From Eledone cirrhosa (lineage: Eukaryota): a DNA stretch of 64,000 bases. How positions within the stretch are numbered: the stretch's first letter is position 1; the number at the start of each line of letters is the position of its first letter. Shown piece after piece: positions 12,981 to 27,037 of this stretch. The notes under the pieces are model-generated. The model made no database searches. It was not told the DNA's origin and saw nothing but the letters and a program-made list of their open reading frames with translations. The stretch spans positions 19,778,001 to 19,842,000 of the forward strand of contig OZ024765.1 of assembly GCA_964016885.1 (NCBI GenBank), in the 5' to 3' direction. A program made the translations under genes and the position numbers.

Positions 12981-13032
12981 GCTCTGATGATTCCTGCCAA
13001 AAGGTGAGGATGAAACATTGTTAATGAATAAA
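12981..13032 (+). ncRNA. Decayed hammerhead motif plus AATAAA (family H4)
   Basis: CUGAUGA-UUCCU..AGGAU-GAAACAUUGUU..AAUAAA; downstream sequence homologous to 26950-27000; helix I disrupted. Confidence 0.5.
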
Positions 13033-13071
13033 GACTGTTTGAGTATGTAAGCGTTCTTTGGTTTCTTTCGC

Positions 13072-15770
<2,699 letters not shown>

Positions 15771-15775
15771 GAATG

Positions 15776-16118
15776 GAGGCACATGGGTTAGTGGTTGGAG
15801 CATTGGCCTTGCAATCGAAAGGTTGTGAGTTCAATTCTCAGACCGGGCGATGTGTTGTTTCCTTGAGCAAGACACTTTATTTCACATTCCTCCAGTATAC
15901 TCAGCTGTAGAAATGAGATGATAGGGTCCCCAGTCCCTATCATTCCACTGTAAAGTGATCGTGGAGGTGCCACGGCAAAAAAGCACCCAGCACTCACTGT
16001 AAATGAGGTTGGTGTTAGGAAGGGCATCCAGCTGTAGAAATCAAGCCAGAATCAGTTCCCGTCCCACCCTTGCAAGCAGGGGAAAAGCGGACGTAAAATG
16101 AAATGATGATGATAATGA
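15776..16118 (+). mobile_element. SINE-C with RTE-A tail
   Basis: A/B boxes, CORE-like body, ends CCCGTCCCACCCTTGCAAGCAGGGGAAAAGCGGACGTAAAATGA. Confidence 0.9.
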
Positions 16119-16273
16119 TATAGATATATTTATTAAAGAGTTAAACAAGATTCAATGAGTACATCAAAGAATGAGTTTTACAGTAGATTGGAAGCACTCT
16201 ACAAGAAATATTTTCCAGAGTTATTAATATTAATTCAAATATTAACAAAATAGATGTTCTTGTGATCAATTAA

Positions 16274-16339
16274 ATTTTATTATACATATTTCAGAGGTAC
16301 TTGAATCAGGTTCAACAGTACGTCCTCATCAGATAAAAT
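16274..16339 (-). ncRNA. Type I hammerhead ribozyme (family H3; element ~16130-16400)
   Basis: AUUUUAU-CUGAUGA-GGACGUAC(UG)UUGAA-CCUGA-UUCAAGUACCUCU-GAA-AUAUGUAU-A-AUAAAAU. Confidence 0.8.
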
Positions 16340-16424
16340 AAAATGATACATGAAATACCCTGACATGTTAGATGGTTAAGATTTAATCAAGGTACTACCT
16401 TGAGTGAGTGTGAGAGACCAAAGG

Positions 16425-16588
16425 TCATCGGACGCCATGCTTTCCAGCATAGTTACGTCCCTTTACGATCTGAGTTCAAATCCCAGCGAGGTTGACTTTG
16501 CCTTTCATCCTTACGGGGGCGATAAAATAAAGTACCAGTAATGCACTGGGTAATTGCTGGCCTTGTGCCTAAAGTAGAAACAATTATT
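16425..16588 (+). mobile_element. SINE-M
   Basis: B-box plus Meta-like core plus ATT tail. Confidence 0.85.
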
Positions 16589-16682
16589 GTAAGTCTCTGG
16601 GTGGTGTATATTTCACAAGGTACTTTATATTTTTTTTTATTGGAGAAGGTAAGAACAGTCACTTGCATACTGTACTCTAGAT

Positions 16683-17024
16683 CAGGGGTTCTCAACCTGG
16701 TCCATGTGGACCATTAGTGGTCCACAGGAAAATTCAGGTGGTCCACAGAAAATTTTCAATAGCAAATTCTTTTTTGATCCATGCATTTGACTTAAAACGC
16801 TGTTCTTATTCTTCGCATAAGTACGACTTCAGCTGTTTATTTGCGTAGATTTTTAGGCACTGCGACATGATAATAGCATTTTCTAATTCATTGAAAAAAA
16901 AAAAACATCTACTGATGCTTATAAGTAGCAGTTCTATTACAAAAGATTTAAAAGTTTAGGTGGTCCACAGGAAAAAATTACTTATTTTGGTGGTCCACAG
17001 CGAAAAAAAGGTTGAGAACCCCTG
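16683..17024. mobile_element. Non-autonomous hAT element (MITE)
   Basis: 16-bp TIR CAGGGGTTCTCAACCT; 8-bp TSD CTCTAGAT/CTCTAAAT; repeated subterminal GTGGTCCACAG. Confidence 0.9.
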
Positions 17025-17103
17025 CTCTAAATAACACTATACTATACATTCACAATTATAACATTCTGTATTAACATTTAGTATTACTGTATACTGCGGT
17101 TGT

Positions 17104-18065
17104 ACCCCTAGAAGTGGAGACTTCTGGTGTCCTCGGCCCTAGGGCTACCTCCCTACTCACCACCATAGGCACTGAGCTGGCTACCTGTAGCAGTGGAGAC
17201 TTCTGGTGTCCTCGGCCATAGGGCTACCTCCCTACTCACCACCATAGGCACTGAGCTGGCTACCTCTAGCAGTGGAGAGTTCTGGTGTCCTCGGCCCTAG
17301 GGCTACCTCCCTACTCACCACCATAGGCACTGAGCTGGCTACCTCTAGCAGTGGAGACTTCTGGTGTCCTCGGCCATAGGGCCACCTCCCTACTTACCAC
17401 CATAGGCGCTGAGCTGAGCTGGTTACCCCTAGCAGTGGAGACTTCTGGAGTCCTCGGCCCTAGGGCTACCTCCCTACTCACCACCATAGGCGTTGAGCTG
17501 AGCTGGCTACCCCTAGTAGTGGAGACTTCTGATGTCCTTGGCCCTAGAGCTACCTCCCTACTCACCACCATAGGCGTTGAGCTGAGCTGGCTACCCCTAG
17601 TAGTGGAGACTTCTGATGTCCTTGGCCCTAGAGCTACCTCCCTACTCACCACCATAGGCGCTGAGCTGAGCTGGCTACCCCTAGTAGTGGAGCCTTCTGA
17701 TGTCCTTGGCCCTAGGGCTACCTCCCTACTCACCACCATAGGCGCTGAGCTGAGCTGGCTACCCCTAGTAGTGGAGACTTCTGATGTCCTTGGCCCTAGA
17801 GCTACCTCCCTACTCACCACCATAGGCGCTGAGCTGAGCTGGCTACCCCTAGTAGTGGAGACTTCTGGAGTCCTCGGCCCTAGGGCTACTACCTCCCTAC
17901 TCACCACCATAGGTGCTGAGCTGGCCAGCCGCAGGTGTGAACCCCGCGAGTTGGAGTGGCTTTTCCAGCGTGTCTCCCTTGCCGTCCTCCGGAGAAATGC
18001 CTTCTCCATCCTGTCCACCGGGGCTGTGAGGGAGCCCCATCGCGTAACATTCCATATTTAAGTAA
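17104..18065 (+). mobile_element. 3' end of CRE-like (restriction-like endonuclease) non-LTR element with 79/84-bp internal tandem array (~10 units)
   Basis: PLAVETSGVLGPRA..LFQRVSLAVLRRNAFSIL is typical of the CRE RLE C-terminus; second 3' remnant at 41120-41195. Confidence 0.75.
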
Positions 18066-18152
18066 GTAAGAGTAAATATGTATAGAAAAGAATTAAAGAA
18101 TTATTTTGTCAATTCATTATATAGTTGTAAGTTTAAGTATATATTTTTCACT

Positions 18153-18490
18153 CATCATCATCATCATTTTTACGTCCGCTTTTCCCTGCTTGCAAGGGTG
18201 GGACGGGAACTGATTCTGGCTTGATTTCTACAGCTGGATGCCCTTCCTAACACCAACCTCATTTACAGTGAGTGCTGGGTGCTTCTTTTTCGTGGCACCT
18301 CCACGTACACTTACAGTGGAATGATAGGGACCCCAGTCCCTATCATCTTATTTCTACAGCTGAGTAAACTGGAGCAATGTGAAATAAAGTGTCTTGTTCA
18401 AGGAAACAACACATCACCCGGTCTGAGAATTGAACTCACAACCTTTCGATTGCAAGGCCAATGCTCTAACCACTAAGCCATGTGCCTCCA
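18153..18490 (-). mobile_element. SINE-C with RTE-A tail
   Basis: Reverse complement of 15776 copy. Confidence 0.9.
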
Positions 18491-18519
18491 CTCTTATCTA
18501 TTATTATATGATTTGCAGT

Positions 18520-18702
18520 GAATTGGCAGTATCGGTAGAGGGTTGGACGCCATGCTTTCTAGCATAGTTACATCCCTTTAGAGTCTGAGTTCAAATCCCA
18601 CCGAGGTTAACTTTGCCTTTCATCCTTACGGGGTCGATAAAATGAAGTACCAGTAATGTACTGGGTAATTGCTGGCCTTGTGCCTAAAGTAGAACCAATT
18701 AT
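18520..18702 (+). mobile_element. SINE-M
   Basis: tRNA-like head, B-box, Meta-like core. Confidence 0.85.
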
Positions 18703-18734
18703 ATGAATTATCATATGAAACAGCAAATATGTAA

Positions 18735-18838
18735 AGTATATATACACTATAATTAGTATATATACACTATAATTAGTATATATACACTATAATTAGTATA
18801 TATACACTATAATTAGTATATATACACTATAATTAGTA
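18735..18838. repeat. 20-bp tandem repeat x5
   Basis: AGTATATATACACTATAATT. Confidence 0.9.
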
Positions 18839-19120
18839 AAAAATAGACATTTTTTTCCGTAAAAATTTGATTGCACTGTTTTGTTTTCACTTATGTATTT
18901 TTTGAAAATGTTATTTATTCTTTATAAAAATTAAATGATAGCATTCTATATGTGGGTGGGTCCCCAATATTTCTAGACCCAGTCTGCCACAGCATGTACA
19001 TATAGGTTATATTGAACATTAATAGTAATGTTCAATTCATTTGTAAACAAACGGCCCGATTAAAAGCTGTTCCATGCCGGTGACCGTCACCTGTTTGTTC
19101 AACACTGGCTTTGAGGAACA

Positions 19121-19157
19121 ATCAACATGTTTCTGGGTCATTACCCTTCATCAGATA
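19121..19157 (-). ncRNA. Minimal hammerhead-like motif, probably degenerate
   Basis: CUGAUGA-A-GGGU-AAUG-ACCC-A-GAA-ACAUGU-U; palindromic helix III, poor helix I. Confidence 0.45.
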
Positions 19158-19229
19158 TATGTGTACATATGCATACTTACTTTTATGTATCAGGTGTACT
19201 AGAGCGAGAAATAAATTTCTTATTTTATT

Positions 19230-19266
<37 letters not shown>

Positions 19267-19316
19267 TCATCATCATCATCGTTTAACGTCCATGTTCCAC
19301 GCTTGCATGGGTTTGC

Positions 19317-19347
<31 letters not shown>

Positions 19348-19355
19348 GACATACA

Positions 19356-19413
<58 letters not shown>

Positions 19414-19446
19414 TGTGTGTCTGTGTGTGTATATATATACACACAC

Positions 19447-19487
<41 letters not shown>

Positions 19488-19631
19488 TAGACATACATAT
19501 ATGTATATATATATATATAATATATATATACACACATATATGTGTGTCTGTGTGTGTATATATATACACACACATATACATATATTATAATATATATATA
19601 TATATATACACACATAGACATACATATATGT

Positions 19632-19703
<72 letters not shown>

Positions 19704-19717
19704 CATATATGTATGTC

Positions 19718-19785
<68 letters not shown>

Positions 19786-19795
19786 TAGACATACA

Positions 19796-19865
<70 letters not shown>

Positions 19866-20159
19866 TGTGTGTCTGTGTGTGTATATATATACACACACAC
19901 ATATATATATACATGTATGTATATCATTTTGACTGAAACTGGCAAATAGCAACACACACGTGTAATATCACATGTCCTGTTTCTAAATATCTTTAACTAA
20001 TCATATCACCATTTCATATCTCATGATATCTGATATATGTGTAACATAGTGTGAAGTTGAGATATTGATCAACCAACTCAGTTTCAAATATATATATATG
20101 TGTATATATGTACATACCTACATATACATATATGTACATATATATATATATATATATAT

Positions 20160-20227
<68 letters not shown>

Positions 20228-20387
20228 GTTAGATGGGTATGTGTCTATATATATATATGTGTGTGTGTGTATGGTGTGTATGTATATACATATATATACA
20301 TACATATATATATATATACAAATACATATATATATATATATATATATATACGTAGATGGGTATGTGTATATATATATATATATACAT

Positions 20388-20427
<40 letters not shown>

Positions 20428-20487
20428 GTAGATGGGTATGTGTATATATATGAGTGTGTGTGTATGTATATACATATATATATACAT

Positions 20488-20535
<48 letters not shown>

Positions 20536-20595
20536 GTAGATGGGTATGTGTATATATATGAGTGTGTGTGTATGTATATACATATATATACATAC

Positions 20596-20668
<73 letters not shown>

Positions 20669-20704
20669 TGGGTATGTGTATATATATATATATGTGTGTG
20701 TGTG

Positions 20705-20770
<66 letters not shown>

Positions 20771-20823
20771 GATGGGTATGTGTATATATATATATGTGTA
20801 TGTATATACATATATATATACAT

Positions 20824-20865
<42 letters not shown>

Positions 20866-20908
20866 GTAGATGGGTATGTGTATATATATATATATATATG
20901 TGTGTGTG

Positions 20909-20948
<40 letters not shown>
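19230..20948. repeat. Compound microsatellite field with recurring short motifs
   Basis: (TA)n/(TG)n; AGATGGGTATGTG recurs 7 times in 20228-20880. Confidence 0.95.
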
Positions 20949-20949
<1 letters not shown>

Positions 20950-21391
20950 TCACAAGTAAACAATAAGCTCCTGTTATCCTTGTCCCTGTGATCATAAAAA
21001 TAAGTTAGCATGTAACTTGCGTAGGAGATAAATTTACTCTGAATAGGAACTGTTTTTCACCGCACCCGACTACAATGACGCACTAATACAGTGGGTTTGT
21101 AGAGAAAACATGTATAAAAAGAATGAATGAAGCCCTTTAAAACATAAGAATGAGGAAACAATTCATTTGGTCTCACTTTCATACATATACACCCAGCTTC
21201 ACCTCATTCCACCTCCCCCACCAAGGCATCAACATAGTATATAATATAGTTTGTCATTTTCTTGTGTTTCCTCCGCCACACCTAAATATCATGAGCTCTT
21301 TAAGAAATATAATGTTAAAGTTAGCTACACATGCTTTAAAAATATCTTCACAGCCCTTAATATTGTATCACAGCATACATACATACATACA

Positions 21392-22600
21392 TGATGTGAT
21401 AAAAGTGGACCTTGCCCAATTGCCCCTCTCAACGGCGATGGCACAGGTCCGTGACCTCTGGCGTCATGCAGTAATACAGAAGACCCAACTTCCCACAGGA
21501 ACAAGCCAAACCCAAAGCATATAGGCAATATGACCCCATCCCCTCCACTGTAAAGTGGACATGTAGGCGCCACGGCAAAAAAACACCCAGCACTCACTGT
21601 AAAGTGGACGTGTAGGTGCCACGGCAAAAAAGCACCCAGCCCACACTGTAAAGTGGATGTGTAGGTGCCACGGCAAAAAAGCACCCAGCCCACACTGTAA
21701 AGTAGTCGTGGAGGCACCACGGAAGAAAAACACCCAGCCCACACTGTAAAGTAGACGTGGAGGCCCCACAGCAAAAAAGCAGCCAGCACTCACTGTAAAG
21801 TGGACGTGTAGGTGCCACGGCAAAAAAGCACCCAGCCCACACTGTAAAGTGGACGTGTAGGTGCCACGGCAAAAAAAGCACCCAGCCCACACTGTAAAGT
21901 GGACGTGGAGGTGCTACGGCAAAAAAGCACCCAGCCCACACTGTAAAGTAGACGTGGAGGTGCCACGGCAAAAAAAGCACCCAGCCCACACTGTAAAGTG
22001 GACGTGTAGGTGCCACGGCAAAAAAGCACCCAGCCCACACTGTAAAGTAGACGTGGAGGTGCCACGGCAAAAAAGCACCCAGCCCACACTGTAAAGTAGA
22101 CGTGGAGGCCCCACGGCAAAAAAAGCACCCAGCCCACACTGTAAAGTAGACGTGGAGGTGCCACGGCAAAAAAGCACCCAGCCCACACTGTAAAGTATTC
22201 GTGGAGGCGCCACGGCAAAAAAGCACCCAGCCCACACTGTAAAGTAGACGTGGAGGTGCCACGGCAAAAAAAGCACCCAGCCCACACTGTAAAGTGGACG
22301 TGTAGGTGCCACGGCAAAAAAGCACCCAGCCCACACTGTAATGTAGACGTGGAGGCCCCACGGCAAAAAAGCACCCAGCACTCACTGTAAAGTAGTCGTG
22401 GAGGCGCCACAGCAAAAAAGCACTCAGCACTCACTGTAAATGAGGTTGGTGTTAGGAAGGGCATCCAGCTGTAGAAATCAAGCCAGCATCAGTTCTAGCA
22501 AGACAAGGTCAGCCGACCGGACACTGCCCACATCAGGACAACCCGTCTAACCCATGCTAGCGTGGAAGAATGGACGTAAAACGGTGATAATGATGATGAT
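21392..22600 (+). mobile_element. 5'-truncated RTE-B with 49-bp array (~18 units, 21545-22440) in its 3' UTR
   Basis: DVIKVDLAQL..DLWRHAVIQKT then unit CACTGTAAAGTGGACGTGTAGGTGCCACGGCAAAAAAGCACCCAGCCCA, then RTE-B tail. Confidence 0.9.
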
Positions 22601-22724
22601 GATATATATATATAGGATAACAAGATATCGGTTAGGGTAATTCAGTTAGAGGTTATGAGTACTCTGTATCGAGGATAGTTTTAACGTACATCGTTGTTTG
22701 ACTCAGCAAGAAGTTTCCTTAGTC

Positions 22725-22835
22725 AGTATTCTGACGATTTGATCACATATTGACTACAATTAAGGTCGAGTGACGTAGCTTCTAATGATCAGTGACTTTC
22801 AGACTCACCGGACTAATGAAACAATTGTTAATACT
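22725..22835 (+). ncRNA. Type I hammerhead candidate with ~80-nt helix II domain (family H5; element ~22615-22886)
   Basis: AGUAUU-CUGACGA-80 nt-GAA-ACAAUUGU-U-AAUACU; 6-bp helix I, palindromic helix III, AATAAA at 22839; base of helix II weak. Confidence 0.6.
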
Positions 22836-22887
22836 TTAAATAAACCCTATTGTACAGCCGACCATGTTATTCTTCATTCTTTTACTA

Positions 22888-23235
22888 TCATCATCATTCA
22901 TCATCATTTCATTTTACGTCCGCTTTTCCCTGCTTGCAAGGGTGGGACGGGAACTGATTCTGGCTTGATTTCTACAGCTGGATGCCCTTCCTAACACCAA
23001 CCTCATTTACAGTGAGTGCTGGGTGCTTTTTTGCCGTGGCACCTCCACGACCACTTTACAGTGGAATGATAGGGACTGGGGTCCCTATCATCTCATTTCT
23101 ACAGCTGAGTAAACTGGAGCAATTTGAAATAAAGTGTCTTGCTCAAGGAAACAACACATCACCCGGTCTGGGAATTGAACTCACAACCTTTCGATTGCAA
23201 GCCCAATACTCTAACCTCTAAGCCATGTGCCTCCA
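22888..23235 (-). mobile_element. SINE-C with RTE-A tail
   Basis: TSD-like CATTCTTTTACTA on both sides; 5' junction duplicated at 23254-23290. Confidence 0.9.
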
Positions 23236-23301
23236 TTCTTTTACTATATATATAACCTCTAAGCCATGTGCCTCCATTCTTTTACTATATATATATATAT
23301 A

Positions 23302-23400
23302 TAGTAAAAGAATGAAGAATAACATGGTCGGCAGTACAATAGGGTTTTTAAATAAACCCTATTGTACAGCCGACCATGTTATTCTTCATTCTTTTACTAT
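23302..23400. mobile_element. Fold-back made of the H5 3' segment
   Basis: Near-perfect palindrome; right arm identical to 22836-22887. Confidence 0.75.
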
Positions 23401-23416
23401 ATATATATATATTAGT

Positions 23417-23643
23417 GAAGGCGTGTGGCTGAGTGGTTAGAGAATTGGATTCACAATGTTGAGGTTGTGAGTTCGATTCCTGGACCGGGCGATGCGTTAT
23501 GTCCTTGAGCAAGACACTTTATTTCACGTTGCTCCTTCTACCTGGAGTTGCGACCGATAGATAGTATTAGCAACTGGAAAGACCAACGGAAACATTGTTT
23601 CCTCGGTCCGATTTGACGAAAGTCGATCGTTCCTAAAAAAAAA
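23417..23643 (+). mobile_element. tRNA/CORE-head SINE with distinct body and poly(A) tail (family P)
   Basis: A-box TGGCTGAGTGG, B-box GAGTTCGATTCC; second copy 63736-63957. Confidence 0.8.
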
Positions 23644-23654
23644 TATATATATTA

Positions 23655-23852
23655 TATAAGTTATTCCAGGTTCAATCGGGGGTAACCACAGTAAGTAAGG
23701 TACTCAATACGTAGCAGAGTTTAAATATTTAATATAGAAAAGGCTTCTACGGGACTAGAACTGTTTCATTCAGGAGAAATCATCTGGAGAAATCATCAGG
23801 GCTTTCCTGATGAAACAGTTCTAGTCCTGTAGAAGCCATTTCTATATTAAAG
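23655..23852. mobile_element. (TA)n-flanked fold-back element with degenerate CUGAUGA/GAAA motifs
   Basis: Arms TATAGAAAAGGCTTCTACGGGACTAGAACTGTTTCAT / reverse complement; copy at 49300-49362. Confidence 0.55.
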
Positions 23853-23884
<32 letters not shown>

Positions 23885-23965
23885 TTGTGTGTGTATATAT
23901 ATAAAGTATTATTTGAGACCTCTTTGGATTTTAGTCTTCAAATTTATTATTATTACTATATATAT

Positions 23966-26642
23966 CATCATCATTTTACGTCCGCTTTTCCCTGCTTGCA
24001 AGGGTGGGACGGGTCTTATTCAGCACAGCATCTCTCCACTCGTCACGGTCCCTCGTCATCTCCACCGTGAGCTTCAATGATCTGAGGTCTGTTCTCACCA
24101 CCTCCGCCCATGTTTTTCGTGGTCTACCTCTACCACGTCTTCCTTCAACTGGCATTTCCTGGCACTTCTTCACCCATCGGTCATCCTCCATGCGCATCAC
24201 ATGTCCATACCACCTCAGTCTCCTCTCCCGTACACTACATTCTATCCCTCTCAGACACAGTTTCTCTCTCAACACATTTATGCTGGGTCGTTCACGCACA
24301 TTTACACTGCACATCCAACGGAGCATGCTTGCCTCATTTCTCTCCAGCCGTCGCATATCTTCTGCGGTAGCTGCCCATGTCTCACTACCATGCAGCATCG
24401 CGCTCCTCACACAGGCATCATACAACCGGCCTTTCGTACGCAGGGAGAAACCCTTCTTCGTCAACAGAGGAAGCAGCTCCCTAAACTTCTTCCAACCCGT
24501 CCTTATTCTAGATACTATGGCCTCGGAACACCCTCCTCCCATGCTAATCTGATCTCCTAGGTACCGGAAGCTATCCACCACTTCTATAGCGCCCTCTCGC
24601 ATTTGAAAAATGTGTCTATCAGTGCGACTTCTACTGTCTAATTTCCCTGTACATCTACTGCATACATATTTCTCCCTACCTGTTAGTTTGCCTGCTATCC
24701 CGCTACATCTCTTGTGTACCCAGGACCTACATTGTGTGCATTTTATAGAATTTATGCCAGTTCCTTTTCTGCATATCGAACATGGCCATTTCCCTGACGG
24801 AATCAGGGTTTTGTCCTCTTTTCTACTCATCAACACTTTTGTCTTAGCTAGATTTACTCTCAGTCCTCTTGCTTCCAACTGCTGTTTCCATAGCCGGAAT
24901 TTATTCTCTAGCTCCTCTACTGATTCTGCCATAAGAGCCAGATCGTCAGCATAGAGAAGTTCCCATGGACAGCCAGTCTTAAACTCCTCTGTTATGGCTT
25001 GGAGGACTATAATGAACAAGAGCGGGCTGAGGACCGAACCCTGATGTACTCCTACTTGTATCTGGAATTCCTCACTAAACTCCATTCCTACCCTGACTTT
25101 ACTGAGAGTACCTCTGTACAAAGTTTGCACTGTCCTTACAAGCCATTCCTCAACACCCAGCTTCCTTAGGGACCACCAGATGACAGATCGGGGTACCCTA
25201 TCAAAGGCCTTCTCTAGGTCAACAAAGGCTAAGTATAGTGGCTTATTCTTCTCTAAGAACCTCTCTTGCATTTGTCTCACCAAGAAGAGGGCATCTGTTG
25301 TACTCTTCCCAGGCACAAAACCAAACTGCATCTCATCTAGTTTGACCCTTTCTCTAATTAGTTGTGCTAGAATCCTTTCTGCCACTTTCATAACCTGATC
25401 TATCAGTTTTATACCCCTATAATTGCTCCTCTCCAAAGCATCCCCTTTACCTTTGTAGCAATTTATGAGAATACTGCTGCACCAGTCTTTGGGTATGACA
25501 CCACCATATATAGCCTGATTGATTATGCGTGCAACCAGTTTAGTGCCTACGTCCCCTGATGCCTTCAGCATCTCAGCAACTATTCCCGATGGTCCGGCCG
25601 CCTTACCATTTTTCATTTCCCTAATCGCCTCTTGGACCCTATATTCGTCAATCTCAATAGCTGGTCCCTCTGTCGGATCTACCAAGGGTAATTTCTCTCT
25701 CTCCCATTCGTTCTCCACATTCATCAGTCTCTCATAATGACATTTCCAGGCCTCCTTTTTCTGGTCATTCGTGACACTAAGTACACCGGCATCATCCCGG
25801 ACACATTTATCACCAACAACATCCTGATTTGCATTGACACACTGCCTTGCAATGTGGAACACCGCACGCCTCTGATCTTCCCGTCGCAGAACATTGGCAA
25901 ACCTCCTACTCTCTGCCTCCCTGCGTGCTAAGTACACCTGACGTCTAGCTTCTCTCTTAGTGGCTGTATATTCTTCCCTACTCCCACCCTTATTCCAAGC
26001 CTTCCATGCTAGTCTTTTGTCTCTAATAGCCTTATCTACACTGCTGTTCCACCACCAGGTCACTCTCTGTCTGGTTGGAGCTCTGCTCCAGCCACAGGTT
26101 TCATCAGTAGCCTTCAGCAAGTTGTCACGTAAGAACTTCCAGTTATTATCTATGTCATACGTCTCTAAATCGTCTTCTTTTTCGTCATATACATCTTGAA
26201 GGGCTTTCCTAAATTTGAATTTTAGTGAAAGGTCTTTTAGCTTCCAGACCTTTCTTCTCCACACCTTCCTATATGTCTCATTCCATCTCTTGCTTACTGA
26301 GATATCACTAACAACTAACCTATGCTGTGGGGTACATTCTTCCCCAGGGTATGCCTTGGTATTAGACACTATCTGCCTGTCCCGCTGCCTAACTAGCAGG
26401 AAGTCAATCTGGCTTATGTGCTCACCAGATTTGTAGGTTATTAGGTGATTGGCAGGTTTCTGGAAGTTTGTGTTGCAAATAGTCAATGTACTTGCATCAC
26501 AAAATTCAAGAAGTCTCACTCCTTCTTCATTTCTTGAACCGTAACCGTGCCCACCATGTACCCCAGTGTAACCATCCTGGAGCTGTCCAACATGACCATT
26601 GAAGTCTCCTGCTAGCATAACGATGTCTCCGTCCTCTGTCAT
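23966..26642 (-). mobile_element. RTE-clade LINE (RTE-A), 5'-truncated, apparently young
   Basis: Uninterrupted ORF, (TGA)n tail, both ends in (TA)n. Confidence 0.95.
23976..26642 (-). CDS. RTE ORF, 888 aa: C-terminal half of APE endonuclease, reverse transcriptase, PHD-like zinc finger
   Basis: AGDFNGHVG, SQIDFLL, NYRGIKL, QFGF, AFVDLEKAFD, GVHQGSVLSP, YADD, CSIC..CTQC..HKRC..CSRC, FRYLG, RRLRWYGHV; the ATG is formed at the (TA)n junction. Confidence 0.9.
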   Translation of the reverse strand: MTEDGDIVMLAGDFNGHVGQLQDGYTGVHGGHGYGSRNEEGVRLLEFCDASTLTICNTNFQKPANHLITYKSGEHISQIDFLLVRQRDRQIVSNTKAYPGEECTPQHRLVVSDISVSKRWNETYRKVWRRKVWKLKDLSLKFKFRKALQDVYDEKEDDLETYDIDNNWKFLRDNLLKATDETCGWSRAPTRQRVTWWWNSSVDKAIRDKRLAWKAWNKGGSREEYTATKREARRQVYLARREAESRRFANVLRREDQRRAVFHIARQCVNANQDVVGDKCVRDDAGVLSVTNDQKKEAWKCHYERLMNVENEWEREKLPLVDPTEGPAIEIDEYRVQEAIREMKNGKAAGPSGIVAEMLKASGDVGTKLVARIINQAIYGGVIPKDWCSSILINCYKGKGDALERSNYRGIKLIDQVMKVAERILAQLIRERVKLDEMQFGFVPGKSTTDALFLVRQMQERFLEKNKPLYLAFVDLEKAFDRVPRSVIWWSLRKLGVEEWLVRTVQTLYRGTLSKVRVGMEFSEEFQIQVGVHQGSVLSPLLFIIVLQAITEEFKTGCPWELLYADDLALMAESVEELENKFRLWKQQLEARGLRVNLAKTKVLMSRKEDKTLIPSGKWPCSICRKGTGINSIKCTQCRSWVHKRCSGIAGKLTGREKYVCSRCTGKLDSRSRTDRHIFQMREGAIEVVDSFRYLGDQISMGGGCSEAIVSRIRTGWKKFRELLPLLTKKGFSLRTKGRLYDACVRSAMLHGSETWAATAEDMRRLERNEASMLRWMCSVNVRERPSINVLREKLCLRGIECSVRERRLRWYGHVMRMEDDRWVKKCQEMPVEGRRGRGRPRKTWAEVVRTDLRSLKLTVEMTRDRDEWRDAVLNKTRPTLASREKRT

Positions 26643-26669
26643 ATATTATATATTATATATATATATTAT

Positions 26670-26734
<65 letters not shown>

Positions 26735-26999
26735 TATATAATGTTAACCCATACTACTCTGACCCATGCTAGTGTGGAAAATGGACGTAAAAAAGTGATG
26801 ATGATGATTTTAAATTTATAGCGGATGTAAAATGAAATGATGATGATCTATTGCAACCTTACAGTAACTATATATATATATACATATATATATACACACA
26901 CATATATATATACACACACACACATATATATATATATATATTATTATATATTATGAAAATAAACCAAAGAAGCCTTCAATACATCAAAAGTCTTTATTA

Positions 27000-27037
27000 G
27001 CCAACAATGTTTCGTCCTATTAAGGACTCATCAGGGC
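27000..27037 (-). ncRNA. Minimal type I hammerhead ribozyme (family H4; element ~26950-27090)
   Basis: GCC-CUGAUGA-GUCCU-UAAU-AGGAC-GAA-ACAUUGU-U-GGC followed after 1 nt by AAUAAA. Confidence 0.85.

Noticed and set aside
23752-23830. CUGAUGA..GAAACAGUU motifs in a fold-back
   Set aside because: Helix I and III cannot be closed; kept only as a mobile-element call
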